64,000 nucleotides of DNA from positions 62,001 through 126,000 of the forward strand of contig JAAILG010000066.1 in NCBI GenBank assembly GCA_012026655.1, in the 5' to 3' direction. This stretch comes from Hydrolagus affinis (Eukaryota). Of the stretch, positions 39,470 through 52,815 are shown in pieces. Within the stretch, counting starts at the first letter, position 1, and every line of letters starts with the position of its first letter. Position numbers and translations under genes: made by a program. The notes beneath the pieces are model-generated. The model had not been told where the DNA came from. It made no database searches and saw only the letters and a program-made list of their open reading frames with translations.

Positions 39470-40330
39470 CTCTGATTGTATTGTTCAGACCCAGGCCCTC
39501 CTGATTTGCTCCCATCAACGCCTCCACACCTCAGGTACTGACAGCATCACCATCCAAGGATGTACACTCCACTCTAATGCCAGTCCAGAACCTTGGCATC
39601 TTGTTTGACCTTCAACTATCCTTTCTATCCCACAACTGAGCCATTACCTGCACTGCCTTCCCCCATCTCCGCAACATTGCCCAGCTCCACTGTCTCACAC
39701 CGCAGGCACTGAAACCCTCATATGCATTGATAACATTCAGGCTTGACTATGCAAACTCCCTGCTTTTTGACCTCCCAACTCCTCCCTCCATAAGCTGCAA
39801 ATCATCCAGAATTCTTCAGCACGGGTCCTCTCTAGTACCGGACTCTGTGACCCTATCACCCCATCCTCGCCTGACTCCACTGGCTTCCCATCACACAGAG
39901 GATACACGTCAAGATCCTAATCCTCACCTTCAAAACTCTCCATGGACTTGCTTCCCCACTACTACCTCTGCGACCTCCTAACCCTTTACCAACCTGCCCA
40001 TTCCCTCCTCTCAGCAGGCTCCAACCTGCTTCAGGTTACCTGCCTCACTCGCCTCACCATTGTTGGGTGGGTCTTCAGTCGTTCTGCCCCAATTCTCTGA
40101 AACTTCATCCCGCAATCCCTCTACCTCGCCCTGTCCTCACACCCTCCTTCAAGCCTCATCGCAAGACCCCACCTCTTCAAGAGTACTTTCAATCACCCTC
40201 CTCCCTCCCCCTCCTCTGCCCTCCACCCTCTCCGATCCTGACCCCCGGCTCAGGTCCGAAAAATTGATTATCCAGCGCCTTGGGACGTTCTCCCAACGTG
40301 AAAGGGCTATACAAATATAATTTTGTCATA
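39470..40330 (+). mobile_element. L2-clade LINE, 5'-truncated, decayed ORF2 C-terminal region plus 3' UTR
   Basis: Frameshifted translation gives VQNLGILFDLQLSF, HLRNIAQL, ITFRLDYANSLL, LHWLPITQRIHVKILILTFKTLHGL, all typical of L2/CR1 ORF2; tail AGCGCCTTGGGACGTTCTCCCAACGTGAAAGGGCTAT. Confidence 0.9.
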
Positions 40331-40949
40331 AACAAACCTGTGTCTTCTTTACCCAGTCTGCTTAATTCTTTTCCTTCTAAGGTGCAACAGATATATGTAT
40401 GTAATTGTGAAATTGAAATGTGGGTGAAAGTCTTTCCACAAGGAGAAATTAAGGCAACTGAATGCTGATATCAGTAAACATGTACAAATATAGTAATTTG
40501 CATTCCCTATATTGTTCCTTAAACATTGAAGTTGATCAGCATCGCCATTTATTTTGCACAGAGTTTTGAATTTTTTAAGTGTGAATTGGGAGCTTATTTC
40601 CTATTGCTGTATGAAACTACAAAAAAAGTTGGACAAAATTATCAATGTGATCCCCAAAAGTTGAATACTGTACTAATTGGTTGGACATGTTCCATAATCC
40701 AGTTAACCGATCAGTCAAGGAGGTTTAAAGCACAGGCATAATAAATTCAAACTGGTTGTATGCAAGTTTCTGAGAGTTAGGTGTGTAGGAATCGATGCAT
40801 TATTGTTTATGTGAAACAACTTGTACAAGAATGAAGTGAGTAGTAACTCTGGACACTTCATGATATGCCCACATTAGGATATTGCGTTTCAGCCTCATGA
40901 AGAGCCATGCTTTTTATGATATATCTTATGAGCTACTGAAGGGATACAT

Positions 40950-41740
40950 GACTTCCTGAGAGGGAATCAACATTAGGTCATAATAAATAGATATATGTCA
41001 TCTTTTTGCAACACCTGCACATTGGGAATCATATTTGGTACCAGTCTGTTGCTTATCTGCGTCAATGAGCGGGTAGATGCCATCAACACTGACAGTGTTC
41101 CTTTTGCTGATGGCAACATCCTCCAGAGTGATTTACTTCTAAAATTGAAACAGTGCAGATTACTGCAGATAGAAGGAGACAGGATTGGACAGTAGGTAGA
41201 TAAATGGTGTGCATCTTCAGCACTGACAACATCAAATCAATAACTATCAAGAAAGATTGACCATAGTATTGGTGCCCATCCATCTCTACTCTATAGGACT
41301 GCAGCTCTTGGCTTTGTAATGACATCTGGTATTTACTGGGAAAGCTTTTAGAAAAGTGGGAATGCTCAAGGAAGATTTGTCCTACTTGTCACCATTGGCA
41401 ATTTCAGTCTTCTGCTGTACACATCCAATGATGCAATATAGTGTATTGTACAGTGGTCTTAGTTGGAGAAACAGCAAGGAACTCGCCAGTCATTGCCATC
41501 AATGGAAAGCTACCCTCATTCTGGGATCCACAAGCATCGACTCTCACCACCATTATACTCTGTGGAATTCGATAAGCAGGGTATAGCTCTGCATGTAGAG
41601 AGTGCACATTATATTCAAGACACATGAACATTTCCATCTGTAGATGGCATGCTTATGCGAAACTCCAAATCTGTATTGAATTGTCTTGAGCGTGCTGATG
41701 GGTTTCTGCATGTGTCAGACACTTGGATGACCAAAACAAT
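40950..41740 (+). mobile_element. Possible very old LINE reverse-transcriptase remnant
   Basis: Weak echoes of FHxYADD (TTCCATCTGTAGATGGC) and WM (ACTTGGATGACCAAAAC) motifs; heavily decayed. Confidence 0.3.
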
Positions 41741-41924
41741 ATGTGATGCGTGTTCTGGAATACTAGAGAAAAGGAATGTTCATATCCTCGCCAGAAGAAA
41801 AATAAAAACATTGAAATAAATAGCCAGAACTATGAGGTCCTCTTTATTAGCCCAAATAATGAAAACTTCTAAGATGAGATTCTTGTGGGTATGGGATATG
41901 CAACCTGCAGGCAGCCATACTGAT

Positions 41925-42310
41925 TAAAAATAAATCCCTGCATTCGAGACATCGCAAACACTTTACAAGATATTCTGTACAGGTTGACTATATTTTATAG
42001 GTGAAACCTGGTAGGTGATTTGCATACAGCAATGTCTCATAAACTGCAATGGAGTGAGTGCTCAATATTATTTGGGAGATTGTTGGCCAGAACAGTGGGA
42101 GAAAGTCCCTCTCTTTTTGAATAGTGTTATGGGCAGAAGGGATCTCAGTTTAATATCTCATCTGAAGGAAGGCACCTCTGGCAATGCACCCACCTCCAAC
42201 CCTGCATTGGAGTGTCAGGTTAGGCTTCGTGATTCCAATTGTGGGGCTTGAATCCACAACCGTCTGACTCAGAAATGTGAGTATTACTGCTAAGCCAGGC
42301 TGACACACGC
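41925..42310 (-). mobile_element. Old DeuSINE (SacSINE1-like), near full length
   Basis: rc head GTGTCAGCCTGGCTTAGCAGTAATACTCAC...CTGAGTCAGACGGTTGTGGATTCAAGCCCCAC; Deu-like CCTTCAGATGAGATATTAAACTGAG. Confidence 0.75.
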
Positions 42311-44169
42311 TTACTGCCAAAATCCTCTTTAGTTTTGCCGCCATAGTGATGAGAATGGTTTCACTAGCAGGAATTGGCCATATTGTAAATTGTTAAAGGA
42401 GAAATACAGAATAGAACCACAAATTTACTTGGCAAATTGAATGCTGCCCAATTTTCAAACATATAAAGAAAAAATAGAATTTGTGGCGAAGATGAGGTGA
42501 AATTCCAGTCCTGTAAACCTTAACACTGAGCTGCATTCAAACCACAGGCCTGGAACATGAAGTGGAATGTCTGTAGAGTCTTGTGTCCTCGGCAAAATAG
42601 ATGTACAATGCCCACATCTTAACCAGTATGGAATAACGTTGCATTTGTAGATAATTGTTAGTGATAGAAAGTTGAGGAAAATCATCTGGCAGCAGTTGCA
42701 CTGGGACAACTGTTATCTTCTTAAACATTTGTTTCCTTAACTAGCTGGAGAGTACTTAATGGGAACAGAAAGGTACAGTACACAATGTCTTCCAGAGATG
42801 GAGTGGCATTTAAACGGTGCAAGACTAGCCAGACTGCCTTCCGTATTTCTTACCTCAAGCCAATCAACATTATAATGGCTAAATTCATAAGTGGATGGAT
42901 ACCAGACCCTTTGCATAGATACTTTTGAGATTTGAAAGTGCTAGAGAAGGCACAATGCATCATTGGAAGCCTGCACTTAAATAGGATCTTTTCAGCAGGT
43001 TTGTGATGCAGTTCCAATGTTGAGCACTCCACTGGGAAATAGATTTAACCAGAGTATTTTGACAAAGATGAGAACAGACAAAAGTGTCTGAATAAAGTTC
43101 GACAAAGGTTTGTCCATATACTGTACTAGCAGGGGAAACTTGTGTATTCATTCACCTTGATTCCCAGAGGGTTCAAAGAATAACCTTAATGTTCCTATTT
43201 TCTTAATGAGGCACAGTTCTTAGATCTACTCCTGCAAACTCATCTGTTGGATATATCCCATTATCTCCTGGAAAACAGAATGGTTTGCGAACTTGCACCA
43301 TGCAACAACATCAACAATTCACATTCATATAGTGCCTTACATTTGGGAAAGATGTCTCAAAGTGCTTCATCCAGCTGTATGCCTGAGAGCCTAAGTGTGG
43401 TTCTGGAGGGGGTGACCAAAAGTGAGTAGGTTTTATTCACCCTCAGTTGAAAACAGAGAAATATTACTCCAAACGTTGAGGAGGCATCTGCCTACAAAAA
43501 CACACTTTACATTGAATCCTGTGAAACACTTTGAGACGTCCTCCTGACAGGCAAGTTGTGATATAAAATGCAATGATTATTATTCTTACTGCAGAATATT
43601 GTTTGGTAAAAGTACTCCTGATTAGCATAGTGATACAGATTTTAGACACTAGAAATAATCATTGGTGTCCAAGATTCTGATTGTGACCATTATTAATGCA
43701 AGCTCATTTGTCAAGACCTTGAATCAAAATGATTAGATTTATATGAAGTTTTAATAGTGAAATTTTCTTGTTCAAGCATTAGTTTCTCCTTACTATTCTA
43801 AAAGAGGAACTGAGTGTTTTAAAATCGAGACTAACTGAGGTAAAAGTTTTCTAAGTAGGAAAAAAAAGATTCCTTGTTTGAAGGGCTTTGAGATATTTTG
43901 GAAAACGACTTCATCAAATGGAACTGTTCATTTATTATGAAAACACACATTTGGAAATAATCCCAATACAACTGCTAATTCTGACCAATTCTTAATAAAT
44001 ATTTAAAGTTTTGATAAGAGTGAGATAAGCAGAACAGCATTTCATTATTAGTTGTTAATAAATCCTTTGATGTCAATCAAAAATATCTCTTCTAAAAATA
44101 TAAATTAGAATAGTTTATCAACATTGTGCACACAGTGGACATCAGTAAAATTTAAACCAATGGTGTTTT

Positions 44170-44555
44170 TGTGGGGTGCAGGTTCAAGCCCCACATCGGG
44201 ACTTGAACTCACATAGTCTAAGATGGCAATTCAGTGGAGTGTTGGTGGGTGTTACCTTTGAGAAGGTACAGTCCTTCAGATGAAACATTCAAATGAGCTC
44301 TTGTCTGACTGTTCAGGAGGACATTGAAGATCTCATGATACTATTCGAGAAGAGAAAGGAGTTCTTCCTGGTATCCTGGTCTACAGTCCCCCAAATAAAA
44401 TTTGTCCTTCACATGGCTATTTGTGGTACAGTGCACAAATTGGCTGCCATGTTTGCTCATAAACACAAGTCACACCATTTCACAATGTTTCCCATGAAGT
44501 GCTTAGAGACATCCTCCAGATGTGAAATTATCTTCAGAGTGTTATTATTAGTTTA
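44170..44555 (+). mobile_element. Old DeuSINE (SacSINE1/AmnSINE1-like)
   Basis: GGTTCAAGCCCCAC B box; GTCCTTCAGATGAAACATT...GAAGATCTCATGATACTATTCGAAGAGAAAGGAGTTCTTCCTGGTATCCTGG Deu domain; L2-type tail. Confidence 0.75.
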
Positions 44556-45509
44556 ATATACTGTACATGTTTATGAATATTATGAGATTAGCTCTTTAAT
44601 AATATTAAAACATGAAAATCATCATAAAAGGCACAGTACAGGCTGGGTACTTGTATATCTCTACTTTTTTATCCCAAAATTCATGCTGCATTGTGATTAC
44701 GTCTCTCGTGAAACTGTTCACCTGCCCAAGAACAGGGCATGGTTAATTGCAGATATTTCCTGTGGTGGGGCACACATAGCATGGTTTCAACCACAAACCT
44801 CTAGAAATCTAAGCAGTTGGAGGGAAATACCCAACAGGAAGTCTTCAAGTGAAAAGTCGTGGTGGGTTGCAACAGCTGATTCTATTTAACTTGAAGCTGG
44901 AAAGTGTGAATTCAAATGGGGGAGAAAAAAACAAACCATTTTCAGTGTACACAACTTGCATTCTTCTCTTGTTGCCGCTGTAAATTCCTGCTGGCCATGA
45001 CATTTGACATTGCTGCTGTGGTAAGTTTGTTATGTAACATTCCACTAATGTATAATGTTTAAAATGCATCTTGAGAGCCTAAAATAACAGCAGTGATTTT
45101 CCTCTGGTGTGGCGATTTGTATAAGTACAAAGTTGTGTCATTTCCATCAATGCATAAAACTAGGATTTTACCCTGCCAGAAAGAAGTATATTACAGTATT
45201 ATTTTGTGCAAAATCTGAATGCCGTGGTGGGTTGCAACAGCTGATTCTATTTAACTTGAGATTTTCTTTAAATTTATATATAATAAAATCAGTATTTAAA
45301 GACTGTATACAAAAATCTATCCTATTATGTTTAATGGTGCTAAAATAACACACAGCAGAAATAGTCACTATTTTTCTGATTTTATTAAATAGATGCTTGG
45401 TTTTAGAATTTGAGACTGCGCAAAATTGTGAATGATTCTTTAATTCAATTTTGTTTTAGAGACAGCACATGGGCGCTTTCCAAATGAAGATTTGTTTTCC
45501 CATCCACAT

Positions 45510-45990
45510 TTTGTCGAATCCAGGCAGGTCAGATTGAATCCTTGGGCAAGTTTCCTTACTCCACATGCCTAATAAACCCTCAAAAAAAATTGGTGATTTC
45601 AATCCACGACAGTTTATGGGACACTGCTGTGTAGAATTAGCTGCCGTGTTTCGCCCACAAATATACAGTAAATTCACTTTACCGTTTGTGGAGTCCTGTA
45701 GCTCAGTGGTTAGAGACCTGTGTTCGAATCCAGGCAGGGTGAAACCTGGGGCAAATTTCTTTACGCCACACGTCTAATAATAATCCCTCAAAAAAAAGCT
45801 ACAAAAAATTGCTCATTTAAATGCACAAATGTTTGTGGGACACTGCTGTGCGCAGTTGGCTGTCGCATTTAACATACAAAATGTACAGTCAATTCACTTT
45901 ATGGTATATTCTGTGAAGCGCTTTGAGACGTCCAGCAAATGTGAAAAGCGCTATATCGAATGAAAGGATGATGATGATTATTATTATTAT
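45510..45990 (+). mobile_element. Two head-to-tail SINE family A copies (partial 45510-45682; second 45690-45990 with a deleted head segment)
   Basis: The body motif occurs twice; the second copy begins GGAGTCCTGTAGCTCAGTGGTTAGAG. Confidence 0.85.
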
Positions 45991-47404
45991 AACTTTTTCA
46001 CTGAAAATTGTCTTGCAAAGTAAATATTGTTGGAATTTTAGGTCTGTGGTGTTTTCTTGTTCCCAATTATCTGGTCCAGTCATGATCTGTTAAGACTTTG
46101 CTGAATTCAAGCTTACGTCAATGTCAGTGCACCACTTGTCTCACTATAAATGCAACTGTTCAATGTTAATACAGTACTAAGCAAATGTAGCCATATATGT
46201 AATATAAATTCTGTTGTTTCAGTGTGAATCCTTTTGTCATGACGATTCCAGCAAAATTAACATCTGTATAGCAAACTGCTTACTGACTATATGTGAACTG
46301 ACTGTGCTGGTGATCTAGTTTGTCAGTGCTTGTCACATTAGCCTTCTGCTATTCTGTCACTTCTCGTTAAAGTTTTAGTTCCAGACATGTGAAGGTGACA
46401 AATTGTCTTCAGAAGAGCAGAAACTTCTTGGGTTAGATCTCCCAGTTGTTGGAGGTTCATTGTATTCTTCTGTTTGGTGGACCAGTTTCGTTGATTAGTT
46501 CTGTGATGAACCGCGAAAGCAGTAGCTTAATAAAAAAAAAGTACAGAGTAAGCTTGTCCTACTTGATGGCATGCTTTGCATGTTTCATAAAATTATTAGT
46601 TTGGAGAATGCCTTGCAATAATCATGGGATCTTCCGTAATCGAGAAAGAGATGGGCTGCGCATTGAATGGGATCAACTTCCAATTCTCATTTGTTTTGTG
46701 GCTCCTGATAAATGAAAAATAAAATCATATCGCTAACTTCACAACCATGCCATAGACCAACAGCAGAGTAGATAGGTTAAAGTAAAATGAAAATGCCACT
46801 CAAGTATCTCATGAGTCAACCCCAAAAGTATTGATTTCCTGAGAACAGAGTCTTCTGTCCCCATGTAAACCTTGTTTTAGTGTGATATGTGCATTAAGCT
46901 GGACTTGCAGTAGAATTTTTAATTTGGCATAAAATTTTGCTAAAATCTAGCCCATTGAATTTACCCAGGCCTGATTACCATGCAAGGACGAAGCGAGTTT
47001 GGAGTTTTAGCATTCACTAGTCATGTAGTCATGACTATTTGATCCATTGCAGGTAATATGGATCACAGGATAATTTTTTTTCTGTTGAATATTTGGCTTA
47101 GAAAAACATAATGTAAATCTATTATTTAATGCCCGTGTATGTGTATGTATATTATATAGATACACACATATACATATATATATTTATCGAATCAATTATA
47201 TATAATATTGTGTTGAAAACAGATTTTCATTTTGCAAAGTCTTGTTTCATGTATTTTTACATACATTTTGGAATCAATTTTGAAGAGATTGAGTTTTGAT
47301 GAAACTCACATTTTGTTTTTTTTTAAATATATTTTGATGGAAATCATTTCTCAAAGATTAATTGACTGTGTTTTGTTTTTTATAATGGCAGATTTAAGCT
47401 ACAA

Positions 47405-47560
47405 TAAATTGGCCATTTCAGTCCACGACTGTTTGTGGGACACTGCTGTTGCCCAATTGGCTGCCGTGTTTAGCCCACAAATATACAGTCAGTTCACTTT
47501 ACAGTATATTCTGTGAAGTGCTTTGAGGCATCTTAGAAGGATTATTATTACTATTATTAT
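47405..47560 (+). mobile_element. SINE family A, 5'-truncated
   Basis: Family body and (ATT)n tail. Confidence 0.85.
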
Positions 47561-48109
47561 CTGCCATTTACATTTGCACTTCTAACTATGCAGATCATTC
47601 TTTACTGAGCTACTGATCACGAATGTGGCAAACCATTACTGGCATGGACATGATCACACAATCTTCAACTTCACTTAGTTTTTTTAAAATAGTTTGACAG
47701 GGAACAAATCATGGAAGTAGACATTTTAACTAGTACCATGACAGCTTATTTAAATAGGATATTTTGGGCACAACTGAGTCAGGATCCAGTCCCATTAAAG
47801 CACAGGCACGCCAATAAAAATTTTCTCAGATGTTATTGCTTTTGGTTATGGTTTTGTAAAATTATCACACATCACAGAATTAGAAATTAGTTCTGTTAAG
47901 ATTGATTCGCTTTCCCATAATTTTTTTTAAAAAAACTTAAATTAAATTAAATGAAGATGAAAGCAGGATATGTGCTTGAGGTACATTAAACAGACATTCT
48001 CTCGATCATCTTTAAAATATAAAGTATCATAATAAAACCAAACATATAATTAGCAATATTATTAAATGTGCTCTATAAACATAATCTATTCTCCATGCAC
48101 TATTGTTGT

Positions 48110-48435
48110 GATAATAAATACATAATAAATATTCTTTGCATATAATGTAGCTCTTTTAGTATCAGGAGTAAGTCTCAAAGTATTTTCACATGATACACTG
48201 TATAATGTATCATGTGAAGTACTTTGAGACATACTCCTGCATATTTTGTGTGTGAATGTGGTAGCCAAATTTGCACACAACAGTGGCGCACAAACCATGG
48301 AATGACTGACCAATTTTATTTAAATTAGGGGATTGTTGGCCCTTCCATCTTTACACATAAAGTGCCATGGGATCCTGAACATCTACCTGAGCAGTCAGAT
48401 GGGACCCCAGTTTAATGTCTCATCCAAAGGAGATG
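48110..48435 (-). mobile_element. Old DeuSINE-like element
   Basis: AGTGCCATGGGATCCTGAACATCTACCTGAG...GGGACCCCAGTTTAATGTCTCATCCAAA is the rc of the Deu domain. Confidence 0.7.
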
Positions 48436-49369
48436 TAATAAATTTCTTCACGAGTGAGCTTGGCTTTAACAACTGACACCTCACAAAATAGAAACTCATA
48501 TACAAATCCCAAAACTGTAATTAGCAACACAAATGAACATTCAGATAAAATCAACGTTAAAATCTGATTTAATAGCCTGGGCTGTAGAGTTGAATTTGAA
48601 AGCGTCGCCACCTGGCAGAAAAATGTTCTTTCTCAGTTCATCAGCGATCTTACCAACAGGCCAATAGGCACTTCAGATGCATGATATATCTTCCTCCTCA
48701 CTATGATGATATCAAACAGCCAAACACAGCACACTTGTCCTTGCAACCCCAAATTCCTCTGTTTGCTAATCTTACCAATGTTGCAGATGTGCAAAACAAA
48801 AACCTTCAAAAGAGTATTGAGTGTTCGTGATAACAAACTACTCAATGGAGTTCCTAGAATGTTCCTAGAATGACGGAATGGAGTTCCGTCACCCCTAAAA
48901 AAAAGCAAAGAACTTTCGTTAAAAAGGCCGAATGAAGCTTTTTGAAGAGCTTATTAAAGGTCAACAAGAAGGAATTCATCAAATTTATGTAGCTGAGAAG
49001 GTAGATCAAAAAAGTATTACTAAAGCAGTGTGTAATATAAATGTATATTGTACTGGTTTACAGATTAATTATTCAGATAATAAAAATAACACAGAAATAG
49101 CGGAAAGCTTGGTTAAAAGGATTGTGTTCAAATAATACACCAGTTCATTTTTACTCCTTATGAACCTTCATCTTTCCAGAGGTCAATTTTATTTTAGAAA
49201 TTATAATCTCTGCAGTATAGTATATTTGGAACTCATGTATGATTGCATGCTGTATCATTGTATTGATGAATTTTCATTTTTGATCTCATGTTTCCAAATT
49301 TCAACATTACCAAAATGTTTACAATTCAATAAATAGTTTTCGGTATCATTTCATGAAGTGTGTATTGTA

Positions 49370-50020
49370 GTGTTGTTCAATTGGTAGTCAGTTAGTAGTA
49401 CACTCGCCTCTGATTGGGACTTTGTGTGAATTGTTGCTCCCATATCAGGACTTTCCAGCTCACAATGGTTAGAAACAAAAAATAGAAATCGCTGGGAACA
49501 CTCAACACGTCAAGCAGCATTTGTGAAGAAAGAAAAATGAGTCAACGTTTCGGGTCCACGACCCTTCGCCAGAACTCAACCTTCAACCAGTTCCGAAGAA
49601 GGGTCATGGACCCAAACATTGACTCACTTTGCCTTCTCCATAGATGCTGCCTGCCCTGCTGAGTGTTCCCAGCAATTTCTGTTTTTGTTTCAGATTTCCA
49701 GCATTTACAGTACAGTATTTTGCATTTTTGTCAAAAATTGTTTGATCTGCCATCCTTTGGGTGAGACAAATGAGGTCTGTCCAGTTTATTTGCTGTGATG
49801 GATGTTAAAGATCCCATAGCATTGTTCGAAAAGAGAAGATAGTTTCTCCTGGTGTCCAAGGCAGCAATTCTACAGAAAAATTGGTCATTCACCATGTCTT
49901 TTTATGGGATATTGTTATGTGCAAATTGGCAACCACACTGTGAAATCCTGTGAAGCACTTTGAGTCATTTAAATGATGTGATAAATTGCTACCTTAAATG
50001 CAAGGATCATCATTATAATG
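49370..50020 (+). mobile_element. Old DeuSINE interrupted by a palindromic insert at ~49471-49728
   Basis: Head remnant CAGTTAGTAGTACACTCGCCTCTGA before the insert; Deu domain GGATGTTAAAGATCCCATAGCATTGTTCGAAAAGAG and tail after it. Confidence 0.7.
49471..49728. mobile_element. Palindromic Penelope-like (inverted terminal repeat) element with hammerhead-like motifs
   Basis: Arms ~49472-49576 and ~49589-49691 are imperfect reverse complements; each carries a variant of CTGANGA-AGGGTC-NNN-GACCC-GAAACGTT. Confidence 0.7.
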
Positions 50021-51847
50021 TTTTTTGACAGGATCCTATCAACAACAACAAAGCTACATTTATAGAGCGCCTTTCACATCGGGAGGATATCCGAAGGTGC
50101 TATAGTTCTTGTTAGAAGTAAAAGTGATGAATCTATAAACAGTGATGTGTAAAATTATTGGCAACCAATGAATGCCAGAATGTTATTGCCAGGGAGACAC
50201 TGGGACTTGTAGGCAGTTAATTGTTATACCTGTAGTAGTATTTTATACTTTGGTCATCGTACTACTGGTGGAAGTGGTATAAACCATGCAGCTGCTATAA
50301 CATTTCCATCAAATGGATAACATATAGGAGAATTGTGTTCCCTCATTGCACTATAAACTTTTAATCTGATCCATTGAAGTTCCAAAGTATAGAAAATAGT
50401 CTTGATTGTGGTATGAAGCGATATAGTTTGATATGATGGAAAATCATGAAATGACACACTATTAAGTGAACAATAATCTATTTCCTGCTACTGCCCAATT
50501 TGGTAACCATTTTATAAACATACATGAAAATCAATAAAGTTTGTGCCATGAAGAAACTCTGTAAATTGAAGGAAGATTGATTTTTTAACTTTTTTTTAAT
50601 GCTTACATACCACCATCATGCTGACAACAGCAGGCAAAGCATTCATTCATTGCATTTAAAAGCAATAACACTGGTTTGTAAATTTCAACATAGTTTTAAC
50701 ATTGGCTGTAAATCTTTTATACTGGTGTACTAAATATGCCAGTTATAGGGGAGGGAACTTTTGAAAACTTAATTGAATGACAAACTGCAGTGAAATCATA
50801 AATTGCACTAGAAATAGGACTTCTTCACACTGGAATAATACAACAACAAAATTTGTATAGCACCTTTCACGTCGGCAGGATGTCCCAAAGAGTTGGACAG
50901 TCAGTATTTTAGACCCGAGCTGGGGTCGGGATCTAATGATATGGTGCTATCTTAGAGGAGGTTCTGGCTTGGCACCAAATCCATTAAACATTTTGTGCCT
51001 GCTTGATGGTCCTGATCATCTCTGAAACATTTTGGGGTGCTGTTCCCTTGCGAAAAGCGCTCTATAAATGATCAACCTGATTAAACTAAATGCAGGCACT
51101 CTGAGCTGCTCAAGGCTTTTTCCGGTAAGATAGGTCACTGCAGGCATTGAGCAACGGAGAAGATGATTCACATGGATGGAGGAGGACCAAAGGAAAGCAA
51201 AACAAGCTCCTAAATATAAGTTAAAATAAATTACGAAGATATTTTCCTAATCTAGGTGGTGGGGGTGGGTGGAGTTACTTTGAACAAAAGTATCCTTCCT
51301 GAGCATGTATCATTTGAATGCTTCGAACATTTTTAATTCATTTTCACACATTGGTGAATGTGGTTACCAGGTTGGGGGCGGGGGCAGAATAACAACTTTT
51401 TAAAAAAAACTGTCCTGGACCATTCAGTCATTAACCTAGAACAGGGTTAAGAAAGTCGGAAAATTCTGAAAATAGAATGCCTTAGGCAGATCAAGGGGCA
51501 CAAGGGTCAAATGCAGTACTCAGTTGGAAGACAAACTTGTTTTGAATTGTTGGTGGTGAGTGAAACCAGTTCCAGCCTCATGTTCTGTAATATGAAACAC
51601 ATATTGATTATTATTTTGTGATGCAAAAACTATCCATTTGTTTTCATTCCCCAAACATGGTACAAATTCTAATTTTAATAGAATTAGGTGTGCGTTGAAG
51701 TATTTGGTGTTTGATATTTATGTTTTGCATGTCGAACATTTCAAAATTGTCCAATGCCAGTTTTTTTTTCAGTCAGGACAATGTGTCGTTCAGCTCCCAA
51801 GTATCACATTTCTACCCCAATGGTTAGTTCACTGACAGCATAGATTC

Positions 51848-51853
51848 TGTGTA

Positions 51854-51895
<42 letters not shown>
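51848..51895. repeat. (TG)n(TA)n compound microsatellite
   Basis: Direct reading. Other (TG)n tracts lie at ~8759-8773, 9893-9916, 15496-15523, 30109-30122 and 60680-60702. Confidence 0.9.
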
Positions 51896-51900
<5 letters not shown>

Positions 51901-52149
51901 CGTACTTAGCTTCCCAGAGCAATGATGGTCTCTGGCTCACCTGTTTTTATTAGATTGTGTGAGGTCTGTAAATTTCCATGTTTCAAAACTAAGACTATAA
52001 TAATAATAACTTGAAGGCTACACTTGAAATGCATATAGCGTATTCCCTTATAAGGCTACCTATACCAGTATTGTGAATGTTATCTATATTGTCCAACTGA
52101 GACCACTCTGTTCTTAGAGAGGCTTAGCTTGCAGGATTCAGGATTTATC

Positions 52150-52410
52150 TACACTTGCAAGTCTCTTTGATGAGCCAGACAATATGGTCAGCCACCACCA
52201 GGCAGTGCCTTGGATTAGTACCACATGTCTCCGCAGAGCTAGTTCAGCTCAAGGGAGATCCCATTTACATCTTTCTAACCTCCCAACCCAGATATATTAG
52301 ACACAGCATTCATTTTATTGACCTCAAAAGGGTAATCGGGTAGGTAGACCCATTGGCATTCAAACCAGAATCTTCTGCTTCATTGTGCATTACTCAACTG
52401 AGTTGCCTAG
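52150..52410 (-). mobile_element. Possible ancient tRNA-SINE with MetaSINE-like central domain
   Basis: rc GGGTCTACCTACCCGATTACCCTTTTGAGGTCAATAAAATGA resembles the recalled GGTCGACTCAGCCTTCCATCCTTCCGAGGTCGATAAAATGAG domain; B-box-like GGTTTGAATGCC just upstream on the minus strand. Confidence 0.35.
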
Positions 52411-52815
52411 GAAAGCACAAAGTCATGGTGATAGTTGCATTCAAGTGACCGTCCAAATGTTGCATAGCCAGTTCTCCTTTTTATAAAAACATGTACGGTA
52501 CTGTAATTCCTACAATAATTGAAGAATTGCTCAAATGTAAATACGATTGAAAAGAAAAATAGTGTTTGAGAAAATTACAAAGTCACCGAATCCAAGTAAA
52601 ATAGACAGAATTGATTTTTCCCCACCCCCGAGAAGAAAATATGAACCTAAGAAAAAAAATCTAAACTACCTATCTGAGAAGGAAAAAAAAAGTTAAAAAA
52701 CTTGAAACCTCTCAGCATTTGAAGTGAAAATGTGTCTTTAGCAGTGAATATGCATGTTTTAGTTGAATGGAGTAAGACCGAATGTGTTTTACAAGGAATC
52801 AGGATTGTTGAATTG

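Noticed and set aside
44858-45259. CRISPR-like 37-bp repeat
   Set aside because: Only two copies, 328-bp spacer, eukaryotic intron, no cas genes.
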